From Verrucomicrobiota bacterium (GTDB lineage: Bacteria > Verrucomicrobiota > Verrucomicrobiia > Limisphaerales > CANJXF01): 64,000 nt of DNA. This document shows positions 1 to 11,902 of the stretch, piece by piece (within the stretch, counting starts at the first letter, position 1; each line of letters starts with the position of its first letter). Location of the stretch: NCBI GenBank assembly GCA_038214755.1, contig JBBQRQ010000010.1, forward strand, positions 14,403 to 78,402. Direction: 5' to 3'. The notes beneath the pieces were generated by a model that ran no database searches, was not told where the DNA came from, and saw nothing but the letters and a program-made list of their open reading frames with translations. The translations under genes and the position numbers were made by a program.

Positions 1-641
1 GGGCCGCCGATGGTTTGCAGGCCCTGATGACACGACACAACCCCAATGACCAACGCGAAGGCGAAACTTTTGATCAGCCCATTGGCGACGTCGCCGAGAT
101 CGACTACCTGGCGCAAGTTATTGAAATAGGATTGGAAGCTGATCAAAATCATTTTGTTGTAGGCAGCGACCAATGCGCCTCCAAACCAGCCCACCATGAT
201 GGAAAAAATTACGAGGAGGGGCAGTGCGATGGCGATGGCCAGAACGCGGGGCATGACCAGGTAGTGAATCGGATTGATGTTCATCGTCCGCAAGGCGTCC
301 AGTTCCTGATAGGCGCGCATCGAACCGATTTCCGCCGCCATGGCCGATCCGATGCGACCGGCAATCAAAATGGACATCATGACCGGCCCAAGTTCTTTGC
401 ACATAGAGACGCCGACCATTCCACCGATCACATTTCCCAAACCGCGCTGCACCAAAACGGAGCCGGCTTGCAGGGCCAGAACTCCGCCGATGAAAAGGGA
501 CAGGATGCAAGCCATGAGCAAACTGGCATTTCCAATTTCAAAAAGTTGGTCGAAAATCTTTTGCCGGTGACGCCAGGCCAGCGGTAGCGCCGCAAGCGCC
601 TGCCCGAATAGAAGAATGATTTCTCCAATGCTTTGAAACAT
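1..641 (-). CDS. mlaE: MlaE-family ABC transporter permease (runs off window start)
   Basis: Own translation from ATG at 641: MFQSIGEIILLFGQALAALPLAWRHRQKIFDQLFEIGNASLLMACILS...ELGPVMMSILIAGRIGSAMAAEIGSMRAYQELDALRTMNINP, the typical MlaE motif. Not in the supplied ORF track. Confidence 0.9.
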   Translation of the reverse strand, partial: MFQSIGEIILLFGQALAALPLAWRHRQKIFDQLFEIGNASLLMACILSLFIGGVLALQAGSVLVQRGLGNVIGGMVGVSMCKELGPVMMSILIAGRIGSAMAAEIGSMRAYQELDALRTMNINPIHYLVMPRVLAIAIALPLLVIFSIMVGWFGGALVAAYNKMILISFQSYFNNLRQVVDLGDVANGLIKSFAFALVIGVVSCHQGLQTIGG

Positions 642-707
642 GTCAGAGTTTCCTTCTCTCACCGGGAATTGGCAAATCGCAAAAACCGGGAGTTTGCGTT
701 CGAGCCT

Positions 708-1215
708 TAGCGCAGGTTTTTAACCTGCCGTATCGCGGGTTTGCAACCGGCTGGACATCGCCGGGGTGGTGATTCCAGGTGGCGTTCACTACCGGTGCTG
801 TTAAAAGCGGCGGAGGGCTGCCGCACCCCAAGACGCTCGCGCGAATTTCGATGGCGCAGGAATGGCGCGGAGCGTCTTGGAGTGCGCCAGTCCTCTGGCG
901 CTCTTGTTCGGACCGCCAAATCGTAGCGCAGGTTTTTAACCTGCCGTATCGCGGGTTTGCAACCGGCTGGACATCGCCGAGGTTGTGATTCCAGGTGGCG
1001 TTCACTACCGGTGCTGTTAAAAGCGGCGGAGGGCCGCCGCACTCCAAGACGCTCGCGCGAATTTCGATGGCGCAGGAATGGCGCGGAGCGTCTTGGAGTG
1101 CGCCAGTCCTCTGGCGCTCTTGTTCGGACCGCCAATTTAAATCACACCCGAAATCGCCCATCCTCGCAGAGTCGATTGTAAATCGGCGATACAGCAGCTT
1201 GCAAAGCTGCGCTAC
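708..1215. repeat. 216-bp tandem duplication of a nested REP-A / MITE / REP-B unit
   Basis: 708-923 and 924-1135 are near identical. Each has a REP-A left arm (TAGCGCAGGTTTTTAACCTGCCGTATCGC), a degenerate TIR and a REP-B doublet. The right TIR AAATCACACCC ends at 1149 and the REP-A right arm ends CTAC at 1215. Confidence 0.9.
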
Positions 1216-1256
1216 GTCTAATGCAAAAGCCGGGCAAAAAGGAATTGAGCGGGTCA

Positions 1257-2705
1257 TTATTTTTTAGTTTGAGTTCTCGCCGCGGTTCCGAACGAAACGT
1301 AAACCAGCCTCCACCGTTTTCCCTCCGGCGCGGATTCATATTGGAAAAGGCCAAACAAGAGCGAGCATTTTTTCGTCGTGGCCGACACGTTGCGTCGATA
1401 GAGATTCCAAAATAGAGACTGGCTTGACGCTTGCGTGATGGGATTTTTTTCCGCGCGCCAGATGGACCAGAGCGGCGAGTAATCGCGTTCGATGCTTTTG
1501 TTGTTGGGCAAAAAAGGTTCGAGCAGGGAAAGGATTTGCAAACGCTCTTTGCCTTCGAGATCACGGCGAAAAGTGAACAGCGGCCAAAAATCCACGCGAT
1601 GCAGGGCGACGTTGGCTTCCAAATTTTTTTCAAGAACATCCGAGTAAAGAAAAAATAAAATCCGGGTGCGCTCCCGCTCCAGCGGCGGCGAATAGAGCCG
1701 GTTGTATTTGTAAACCGGCCAAAGATAAAAATTGCTGGTCAGATTGGAATTGGAGGCGCGGCTGAAAATCGGCCAGACCCGTTTCGTATTTTTACCTTCG
1801 CCGTGGGCAAAAACAATCAACGGCCAGGGCGCGCCGACTTCGTGATATTTCCGGGCGCGATCATCCGTGATGCTCAATCCAATCGGCCACGGCGCGGTCG
1901 TCGAGTCGCGTTGCGGCGAGTGCATCGTGGTAAAAAGCGGCAGGACAGAAAGTTGCTTTTCGGGATTCTCGGTGCCGATCCCCATCGTGTTTTTAAAAAA
2001 GATCGGCCAGAGCACAAAAAGTTTTTCGTAGCCACCGACAATTTCCTCCTCATCCAAACGATTCGTCCGAGTTGTCACGCCTTTATGTTCAACGCCAAGC
2101 AGCGGCCACACTTGCCAACCGTGGAGCGCGTTGCCGTGGCGCAAATGAAAAATCGGAAAAAGATAATTGTCGGTGACGATGTCTTTCCTCTGGGTTTCGA
2201 CATACAGCGGCCAGGCGACAAAATGAATTTTGTCCCGGAACAACCGGTTTTTCAAAGTGCCATAAATGGGAAAAAGGGCGGTGTAATTGAATTCAGGAAT
2301 CGGTGAACGTTGCTGAAAATAAATTGGAAACAGAGTGAATCGCCTGCTTTTATTTTCCTCCTGTGTGTTTCCGCCTGCGAAGGCAAAAACTTGCAGGATT
2401 TGGAATCGATACTCCGCGCCATACCGGTCGTACGTCACCAGCGGATAAAGAAAATCCATTTCCTCGGACTCGAGATCGGGGTCAACGGTGCGGGAAAAAA
2501 GTGGCGGCAACGCGAATTGTTTCTGCGATTCTTTTTGCTCCGAAAAGAAAAGCGGGCCGACGGCTTCGGTTCTTCTTCCTGGCGCGAGCGTGAGTGGAAA
2601 TTCATCGTAAAGCGGCCCCATCGACCAGTCGGCTTTTGCTGTCATCAGACAACAAAATCCAATGCAGAAAATTGTGATGCTGAATTTGATTCGCCCCAAA
2701 CGCAT
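1257..2705 (-). CDS. Hypothetical exported protein with many aromatic (F/W)P(L/I) repeats
   Basis: ORF 1257..2840, with probable start MRLGRIKFS at 2705 followed by a signal-like segment. Recurrent FLYPL/LFPI/AWPL/LWPI motifs. Confidence 0.7.
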   Translation of the reverse strand: MRLGRIKFSITIFCIGFCCLMTAKADWSMGPLYDEFPLTLAPGRRTEAVGPLFFSEQKESQKQFALPPLFSRTVDPDLESEEMDFLYPLVTYDRYGAEYRFQILQVFAFAGGNTQEENKSRRFTLFPIYFQQRSPIPEFNYTALFPIYGTLKNRLFRDKIHFVAWPLYVETQRKDIVTDNYLFPIFHLRHGNALHGWQVWPLLGVEHKGVTTRTNRLDEEEIVGGYEKLFVLWPIFFKNTMGIGTENPEKQLSVLPLFTTMHSPQRDSTTAPWPIGLSITDDRARKYHEVGAPWPLIVFAHGEGKNTKRVWPIFSRASNSNLTSNFYLWPVYKYNRLYSPPLERERTRILFFLYSDVLEKNLEANVALHRVDFWPLFTFRRDLEGKERLQILSLLEPFLPNNKSIERDYSPLWSIWRAEKNPITQASSQSLFWNLYRRNVSATTKKCSLLFGLFQYESAPEGKRWRLVYVSFGTAARTQTKK

Positions 2706-2894
2706 TGCGCCAAGTCCTTTTGACCGCGCGATACTAGGAGGGAATGACCAAGCGTCAAGCCTCGCGAGCCAGAAACTTCTTTTGACAAACGCTAACGTTA
2801 TCCGTCCCAGATTGGAGCGATTTAAGGGGTGAAACAGCATTTTAGATTGACGGCAGCGAATAAATTTATATCTTGTAAAACATAATTGAGGTTT

Positions 2895-5639
2895 TTACCT
2901 CGGTTCCTCTGGGCCCAGCGGCGATCGTGCATTTTCGTCGCTGGGTTTTTTATTTTTCAAAGTCCAACCCGCGCGCAGCAACAAACTTAAAAGCGCAGGC
3001 AAAAATGTCAGCGCAGCCAACATGCAAGTCGTCACCCCAATCGACATGACGAAGCCGAGACTCGCGATGCCTTGATGTTTTGCGAGCATCAAGCTCCCGA
3101 AACCCGCCAGCGTGTTTAGGCCGGAAATAAAAACAGCTTTGCCGGTGCTCTTTCCGAGAATGCCCGGCGTCCGCTCCTCCGCGAACCGATTCAAAATATG
3201 AATCCCATTGGTCACGCCAATACCGATGACCAGTGGCAGCGTCATGATGTTGGCCGGGTTGAACGGAATATCAAACGCGCCCATCAACCCCGCCATCCAA
3301 ATCGAGCCAATGGCGACCGGCAACAACGCCAACACCACCGACATGAGCGAACGAAAATGGATAAAAACTAAAATAGCGATTGCGCCGAGCGCATACCACG
3401 CAGCCTCCTCGTAACTTTTTCGGAGCAAGCTGGTGTATTCGTAAAGTTGAATGGGCGTGCCCGTCACGTTCGCGTCCACCGTGCGCAACTCGTGAATAAA
3501 TTTTTCCTGTTTGTCGCGCTGCCAGACATCTTCCCTCGGATAAACCTGCAATAAATATTTTCCAGTGCGGCCGATGAACCGGTTGCGCAAGGCCAGCGGC
3601 AAATCCTCCGAGCGCATTCGGCCTGTGTCATCCTGAGTTTGCAACGCGTGAAACGTGTCGCGAATATCGGTGAAAAGCGCTTCTTGAAAATGAAGCAACC
3701 GCTCCGGGATTTCCCGTTGCCCATTTAACATTTCCCGGCGCAGGCGAGTGATAGCGCTTCTCAATGAAAGTAAATCCTTCGCCAATTTCGCGTCATCTTT
3801 CCCGGCGAGTTCCGCGGCCAATCCGAGATAACCTTGCAAGGCCCAGAGCACACGGCTTAGTTCGGGAATATCAATTGGCTTCAAATCAATTTCCGCAAAA
3901 TGAATCGGCGCGACGTCTTTTTTTATTTGCTTAACCAGTTCTAGTTTTTTGGTTTGGTCTTCCGTCAAAAATTCGCTGATCGGGTCCACGCTCGCCACGG
4001 CGGGGAGTTTTTGGACTTTCTCTTTTAGTTCGGCGAGCTGCTCCAGATTTGTCGCGACGATGGCAGCGAACAAAACCGATTTGCCCGCCGAATCGATCAA
4101 CTTCCTTTCGAACACCACGGCAGGAAGTCCCTTGCTTTGCATGTTGAGCAAGTTGTAGTCGAAATAAACTCTTCGAAATTCCAACGCCGCCAATCCACAG
4201 CAAATCGCCACGACGGCCACCACGATCACCGGGCGGCGCAACCAGATATTTTCAAGGCGCGCCCGCCGATCCAGCGCCCTCGCCGCGATCCGTTCGTCCA
4301 TCGCATTTTGCCGGCCGCGCAAAAGCAGGATCGGCAACAGCGTCATCATCGGCACAAGGCACAGCACCATTCCTGCGCCGCAAATAATTCCCATTTCCTG
4401 AATGCCTTTGAAGTTGGTCAGCGCCATCGCAAAAAATGCGCCCGCCGTCGTCAACGCCCCGGTGATAATTCCCAAACCCGTGTTGACCATCGCCTTCTCG
4501 ATGGCTTCGCGCGGAGTTTTGCGGCGACGCAGTTCTTCTTCGTAACGCGTAATTAAATGGACGCCAAAATCAATAGCCAACCCGATGAGGATCGGCACGA
4601 ACGTAATCGTCAGAATATTCAGATGCCCGACAGTCAGGGTCGTAAAAAACATGGTGTAGCCCAGACCAATCAACAGGCAGAGCGTGGCTTTGAGCGGGCG
4701 GCCGGTTTCGCGATAGCCATAAATAAAAATCAAAGCGCAAAGAACCAGAGCGACCACGCTGGCGACGGTGGAATCGAATTGTGATTGCGCCATCTCATCG
4801 TACTCCAGCACGGGTTCGCCGGTGATCCCGACGTTTAATCCCGGCACTTCGATTTGAGTCGCTTGAACCAGTTGCCGCAAACGCTCGACCGCTTTTCCGT
4901 TCAACGCATCCTTCACCGCGCGAGTGGTCACCAGATAAATCCGACCTCGCGCAAACGTGATGTACATCTCACGCTCCGCTTCGTCGCCCGCGCCGAACAG
5001 CGCGTTGAGTCCCGGAGATGGCGCGCTGCCCGGGCGCTCCAAACTATCGGCCGCCTGAGTGATGATTCGTTCGAGCGCAGGAAAGGCTTTGAGCATCGCC
5101 TCGTTCTGCGCATTTCGTTCCTGTTGCGCGTCGCGAAACTGTTTGTTCACGAGAGCGAAGAGCGAAGTGAGATTGGTCGCGCGAGTGAACTGCTCGATGA
5201 ACGGACGAAAATCCACCAGCGTCTGGCGAAGTTCCATCAAGTCTTTTTCCGGCACGAAGAGCAGCGCCTTTCGTCCGAGCATTTTCAAATCGCCTTTGTA
5301 AAAAACGTCGGAGAAAAGATTTGTCTCCAGTTCCAATCTGGCTCCGAGGCGCTCGACGAATTGCCGGTTTTTTTCCATCGTCTCGCTTTCGACAATCACC
5401 ACCAAATCGTCCTGAGACGGGAATTCTTTTTTAAATTTTAAAAAGTTTTGATGATATTTTTTGTCGGAGCCAACGAGGTTGTCGCGGCTGGTGTCGAATT
5501 GTAATTTCTTGACGGTGAAAATGACTCCCACCACGAAAATTAAAATCTGCGGATAGACAAACCAGCGCGGGCGCGTGTAAATGGCGTGCGCCAATTTGCG
5601 GAGAAATCGAGCGGCCAATGAATCGGAGGGCGATGTCAT
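2895..5639 (-). CDS. MMPL/RND family transporter (HpnN-like lipid transporter)
   Basis: 914 aa with two TM clusters containing GLAIDFGVHL and GIGVTNGIHI, plus GITGEPV and NVTGTPI periplasmic-loop motifs. Confidence 0.85.
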   Translation of the reverse strand: MTSPSDSLAARFLRKLAHAIYTRPRWFVYPQILIFVVGVIFTVKKLQFDTSRDNLVGSDKKYHQNFLKFKKEFPSQDDLVVIVESETMEKNRQFVERLGARLELETNLFSDVFYKGDLKMLGRKALLFVPEKDLMELRQTLVDFRPFIEQFTRATNLTSLFALVNKQFRDAQQERNAQNEAMLKAFPALERIITQAADSLERPGSAPSPGLNALFGAGDEAEREMYITFARGRIYLVTTRAVKDALNGKAVERLRQLVQATQIEVPGLNVGITGEPVLEYDEMAQSQFDSTVASVVALVLCALIFIYGYRETGRPLKATLCLLIGLGYTMFFTTLTVGHLNILTITFVPILIGLAIDFGVHLITRYEEELRRRKTPREAIEKAMVNTGLGIITGALTTAGAFFAMALTNFKGIQEMGIICGAGMVLCLVPMMTLLPILLLRGRQNAMDERIAARALDRRARLENIWLRRPVIVVAVVAICCGLAALEFRRVYFDYNLLNMQSKGLPAVVFERKLIDSAGKSVLFAAIVATNLEQLAELKEKVQKLPAVASVDPISEFLTEDQTKKLELVKQIKKDVAPIHFAEIDLKPIDIPELSRVLWALQGYLGLAAELAGKDDAKLAKDLLSLRSAITRLRREMLNGQREIPERLLHFQEALFTDIRDTFHALQTQDDTGRMRSEDLPLALRNRFIGRTGKYLLQVYPREDVWQRDKQEKFIHELRTVDANVTGTPIQLYEYTSLLRKSYEEAAWYALGAIAILVFIHFRSLMSVVLALLPVAIGSIWMAGLMGAFDIPFNPANIMTLPLVIGIGVTNGIHILNRFAEERTPGILGKSTGKAVFISGLNTLAGFGSLMLAKHQGIASLGFVMSIGVTTCMLAALTFLPALLSLLLRAGWTLKNKKPSDENARSPLGPEEPR

Positions 5640-5652
5640 TCTGGGTCCAACT

Positions 5653-5715
5653 TTACTCGACGAATTCGGCGTTGGAATAAACTTCTTTCACGTCGTCATT
5701 TTCTTCCAGCGCATT
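5653..5715 (-). pseudogene. Orphan 3' end of a yebC/pmpR-family gene
   Basis: Minus strand reads NALEENDDVKEVYSNAEFVE*, matching the conserved YebC C-terminus (LExxDDVxxVYxN). No upstream part is present. Confidence 0.65.
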
Positions 5716-5774
5716 GTTCGGCGCGGGAGAATCAACGGTGAATTGTACCACTCAGTTTTCACGCTCGAAGAATT

Positions 5775-6113
5775 TCAACTATTTTGTTCCACGTGGACCG
5801 CCGTGCCGTAGCACAAAACTTCCGTGATGCCCTGGCCGATCTCCGTGGCGTCGTAACGAACTCCGATCACGGCGTTGGCGCCCAGGGCGGAGGCGTGCGT
5901 CAACATTCGTTGAAACGCCTCTTCGCGCGTCCGCTCGCAAAGAGTGGTGTAGATGGAAATGTTTCCGCCAAAAACCGTTTGAATCGCCGCGCCAAAATTT
6001 CCAAAGATAGAACGGGACCGAACAATAATCCCTCGCACAACTCCGAAAGATTTGACCGCGCGAAATCCGGGAATTTCAAAAGTGGTGGTGGTGAAAGGAT
6101 GGGTGTTGTTCAT
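5775..6113 (-). CDS. YbjQ (UPF0145) family protein
   Basis: [16 protein letters not shown]...[11 protein letters not shown]...[11 protein letters not shown]...EVLCYGTAV. The longer predicted N-terminus runs through a repeat. Confidence 0.9.
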   Translation of the reverse strand: MNNTHPFTTTTFEIPGFRAVKSFGVVRGIIVRSRSIFGNFGAAIQTVFGGNISIYTTLCERTREEAFQRMLTHASALGANAVIGVRYDATEIGQGITEVLCYGTAVHVEQNS

Positions 6114-6250
6114 CACGCGCGAAAATTGAACACAAACTTTCCAGGAGCAGAAGTTTAATTTTCCAAGCGCCGCATCACGTGACGGTGGGTCGAGTCTTTC
6201 TCCAATTTCCAATCGGCGCCTAGTAACGACGGAGCGCCGGTTGGTCAGTT

Positions 6251-6427
6251 GTAGCGCAGGATTGCATCCTGCCGTATCGCAGGTTTTCAACCTGCGAGAT
6301 GCCGCCAGAAAAAAGACTTTCGAAAACAAAAGACCTTTTCTCTATTTGCGACGTTCAGCCGGTTTCAAACCGGCGATACAGCAGGATGCAATCCTGCGCT
6401 ACGGGACGGCCACTTGAAATCACACCC
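6251..6427. mobile_element. REP-A doublet with one MITE terminal repeat
   Basis: GTAGCGCAGGATTGCATCCTGC...GCAGGATGCAATCCTGCGCTAC (6251-6402), then CCACTTGAAATCACACCC. The spacer is the reverse complement of the 41575 and 60814 spacers. Confidence 0.85.
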
Positions 6428-6482
6428 TAATCCGGGTCTGCGCTTGAATCCTGGTGCGTGATTGCTTTTAGTTCTTTACGCG

Positions 6483-8750
6483 ATGCCGCCTGAAAACAGT
6501 CAACTCTTTCCTCTGCTCAAACAATATTTTGGCTTCACCTCATTTCGTCCGTTGCAGGAGGAAATCATTCGTGACTCTCTCGCGGGCAAAGATGTTTTCG
6601 CTTTGTTGCCGACGGGCGGTGGAAAATCACTTTGCTTCCAACTTCCGGCTCTGGCGCGGGAGGGTTTGACCGTGGTCGTCTCTCCGCTCATCGCGTTGAT
6701 GAAAGATCAGGTGGATGCGATGCGGGCCAGCGGTGTTCCGGCGACGTTTTTAAATTCTTCCCTCGATCCGCATGAAGCGCGCTCGCGTTTGCGGGGTTTG
6801 CACAATGGCGAATTTCGTTTGCTCTACGTCGCGCCGGAGCGGCTGATGATTTCCGGTTTTCTCGAAGACTTGAAACAATGGAAAATAAATCTCATCGCGG
6901 TTGACGAAGCGCATTGCATCAGCGAATGGGGGCATGATTTTCGCCCGGAATATCGGCAGCTCGCCGAGCTGCGCGATCATTTTCCAAACGTTCCGTTGAT
7001 GGCGCTCACTGCGACGGCGACCGAGCGCGTGCGCGACGACATCATCAAACATTTGCGGCTGCGGGGAGCGAACGGCGAGACCAACTCCCGCCCCACCGCG
7101 ATGTCTCGCCTCGCCATTTACGTCGCGAGTTTTAATCGGCCAAATTTGATTTATCGCGTGCTGGCGAAAAACAAACCGTACGAACAAACACTGGCCTTCG
7201 TCCGCGAACGTCCACAGGAAAGCGGAATCGTTTATTGTCAAAGCCGGAAAACCGCGGAGATGGTGGCCAACCGTTTGACCGCCGATGGGGTGAAAGCCAA
7301 ACCGTATCACGCCGGCCTCGAACAAAAAGATCGCGCCACCAATCAGGAATTATTTTTGCGCGATGAAGTTCGCGTGATCTGCGCCACGATTGCTTTTGGA
7401 ATGGGCATCAACAAATCAAACGTGCGTTTTGTGATTCACTACGATCTGCCGAAAAATATCGAAGGTTATTATCAGGAAACGGGGCGCGCCGGACGCGACG
7501 GTTTGCCGAGCGAATGTGTTTTGCTTTTCAGCGCAGGCGACGTGGTGAAGCAAATGCAATTCATCGACGAGAAAAGTGCGCAGGAACAAAAAATTGCGCG
7601 GGAACAATTGCAGCAGATGGTGCATTACGCCGAGTGCGCGGTTTGTCGGCGGGCGGAATTGCTGGCGTATTTTGGGGAGACGTTCGGAACGCCGAACTCC
7701 CGTTCGGCAGCGGGCGAGAACTTGCGCCAACATGCCGATCAGGAGATCGGCGCTCCGAATTGCGGCGGGTGCGATAATTGTCTTTCCCCTCGCGCCACTT
7801 TTGACGGAACACTCGCCGCGCAAAAATTTCTTTCGTGCGTTTATCGCATTCGCGAAAAAAGTGGATTTGGCGTGGGCCTGAATCACGTCATCGAAGTTTT
7901 GACCGGAGCGGAAACGGAAAAGATTCGTCGCTGGCATCACGAACAACTTTCCACCTACGACATTGGAAAAGAACACACTCGCCAGGAGTGGGGCGCGATT
8001 GGCCGCGAGTTGGTGCGGCTGGGCTATCTTCGGCAGACGACGGAGAAATTCAGTGTGCTCGAATTGACCGAGGAAGGCCGCGCGGTTTTGTCCAAGCGCA
8101 AATCAGTGACGCTCACAAAGCCTGTCACCGCGCCGGAAACAAAAACACAACGCGCCGGAGAAATTTCCTGCGATGAAATTTTGTTTGAACGTTTGCGGCA
8201 GGTGCGCAAAACGCTGGCCGACGAGCGCGCCGTGCCGTCCTACATTATTTTTTCCGATGTTTCGTTGCGGCAAATGGCGCGGACTTATCCGGCGAACGAA
8301 CAGGAGTTCGCGCGCATCAGCGGCGTGGGCGAAAAAAAATTGCAGGAGTTCGGCGAAACATTTCTCTCGGAAATCGCGGCGCATTTGCAAAGCAGCCCGC
8401 GCCAGATTTTTGCCGAGGAAATTTTTGTCGCGCCGATTGCCACCAAACCGTATCTCAACACCACGGCGCGCGAGACGTTGAAATATTTCCAGGCTGGCGA
8501 AACTGTTGAAGCGATTGCGCGTCGGCGCGGTTTTGCGGTCAGCACGATTTACGGCCATCTGGCGACGGCGATTGAGGCGGGTGAAAAAATTGAGTTGCAC
8601 CAATTTCTGAACGCCGAAGAACAAAAGGAGATCGCGGCGGCATTCTCCAAATTTGGTTTTGGGAATATCACGGGCGTGAAGGAATCGTTGGGAGATAAAT
8701 TTGATTACGGGTTGTTGCGAATTTTTCGCGCGGCTAAACAACGCGGGTAG
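6483..8750 (+). CDS. recQ: ATP-dependent DNA helicase RecQ
   Basis: PTGGGKS Walker A, VDEAHCISEWGHDFRP, YYQETGRAGRDG, Zn-binding CGGCDNC, then RQC, HRDC and C-terminal HTH regions. Confidence 0.97.
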   Translation: MPPENSQLFPLLKQYFGFTSFRPLQEEIIRDSLAGKDVFALLPTGGGKSLCFQLPALAREGLTVVVSPLIALMKDQVDAMRASGVPATFLNSSLDPHEARSRLRGLHNGEFRLLYVAPERLMISGFLEDLKQWKINLIAVDEAHCISEWGHDFRPEYRQLAELRDHFPNVPLMALTATATERVRDDIIKHLRLRGANGETNSRPTAMSRLAIYVASFNRPNLIYRVLAKNKPYEQTLAFVRERPQESGIVYCQSRKTAEMVANRLTADGVKAKPYHAGLEQKDRATNQELFLRDEVRVICATIAFGMGINKSNVRFVIHYDLPKNIEGYYQETGRAGRDGLPSECVLLFSAGDVVKQMQFIDEKSAQEQKIAREQLQQMVHYAECAVCRRAELLAYFGETFGTPNSRSAAGENLRQHADQEIGAPNCGGCDNCLSPRATFDGTLAAQKFLSCVYRIREKSGFGVGLNHVIEVLTGAETEKIRRWHHEQLSTYDIGKEHTRQEWGAIGRELVRLGYLRQTTEKFSVLELTEEGRAVLSKRKSVTLTKPVTAPETKTQRAGEISCDEILFERLRQVRKTLADERAVPSYIIFSDVSLRQMARTYPANEQEFARISGVGEKKLQEFGETFLSEIAAHLQSSPRQIFAEEIFVAPIATKPYLNTTARETLKYFQAGETVEAIARRRGFAVSTIYGHLATAIEAGEKIELHQFLNAEEQKEIAAAFSKFGFGNITGVKESLGDKFDYGLLRIFRAAKQRG
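7683..7759. repeat. GGAG-type REP doublet in frame inside recQ
   Basis: TTCGGAACGCCGAACTCCCGTTCGGC ... GCCGATCAGGAGATCGGCGCTCCGAA inverted pair, encoding FGTPNSRSAAGENLRQHADQEIGAPN. Confidence 0.8.
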
Positions 8751-9260
8751 CATCTGCCTCCGGCGGGTGCGAAAATGTCACATATTTGAGAGGCCGCGAA
8801 AAACTCCACCCTCGTCAACAGCATTTGCAAATTCTTCAAAACCCATATTTCCGATGGAAAGATTATTTTCTACCGAAGGAACTTGGGCCGGAAGAGAGCG
8901 AAATCGTCGTCCCCTTACTTCCAACAAATCAACGATGAGCAACGGATGGTCGGATTGTGAAATCGATACATCATCGGCCACCACCATGAAGCTGTGAGGA
9001 TAATCTTCTGAAACCATTTCTATCAACTGTTCTACTGTCACTCCATTGTTCTCGTGGTCATCGAGAAACTCCATGTTGAATATGAATGGATCTTCAGGCT
9101 GTTGCACTGTCTCAACAATTTGATCCCATGAACTTTGATCTGAGAAATCCGGATAATTAGAGCGCTTTCTGTAACTGGAATATTCTTCATAAATTATCTG
9201 TGGTTGGGGGTATAAACATTATAACCAATTCACCGCACCCGCCGGAGGCAGGTGCTACCC
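8745..9260. mobile_element. Inverted-repeat-bounded cassette with passenger gene
   Basis: 27-bp IRs GGGTAGCA(T/C)CTGCCTCCGGCGGGTGCG at 8745-8771 and 9234-9260 (1 mismatch), flanked on both sides by ACGC. The interior is AT-rich. Confidence 0.7.
8778..9190 (-). pseudogene. DUF6924-like protein, frameshifted near the 5' end
   Basis: MKNIPVTESALIIR / DFSDQSSWDQIVETVQQP...VENNLSIGNMGFEEFANAVDEGGVFRG. The frame break near 9148 is consistent with a 4-bp loss in RTDFSD. Confidence 0.65.
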
Positions 9261-9275
9261 ACGCCTTAGGTTTTA

Positions 9276-11807
<2,532 letters not shown>

Positions 11808-11902
11808 GAGTGGGGGACGTTTGCAAAAGGATATCCGATTGCCAACTAATTTTTTCTCTATTGGCCTGAATCTTTAGCCGGGCAGACCCTCAGTTGCGGC
11901 TA

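Noticed and set aside
708..1135. CRISPR array
   Set aside because: Only two 216-bp units, identical throughout rather than repeat plus unique spacer. No cas genes.
643..1257. 204-aa ORF with internal repeat, and overlapping ORFs
   Set aside because: Translation of REP/MITE DNA. The same peptides ([14 protein letters not shown]) recur at every REP-A copy.
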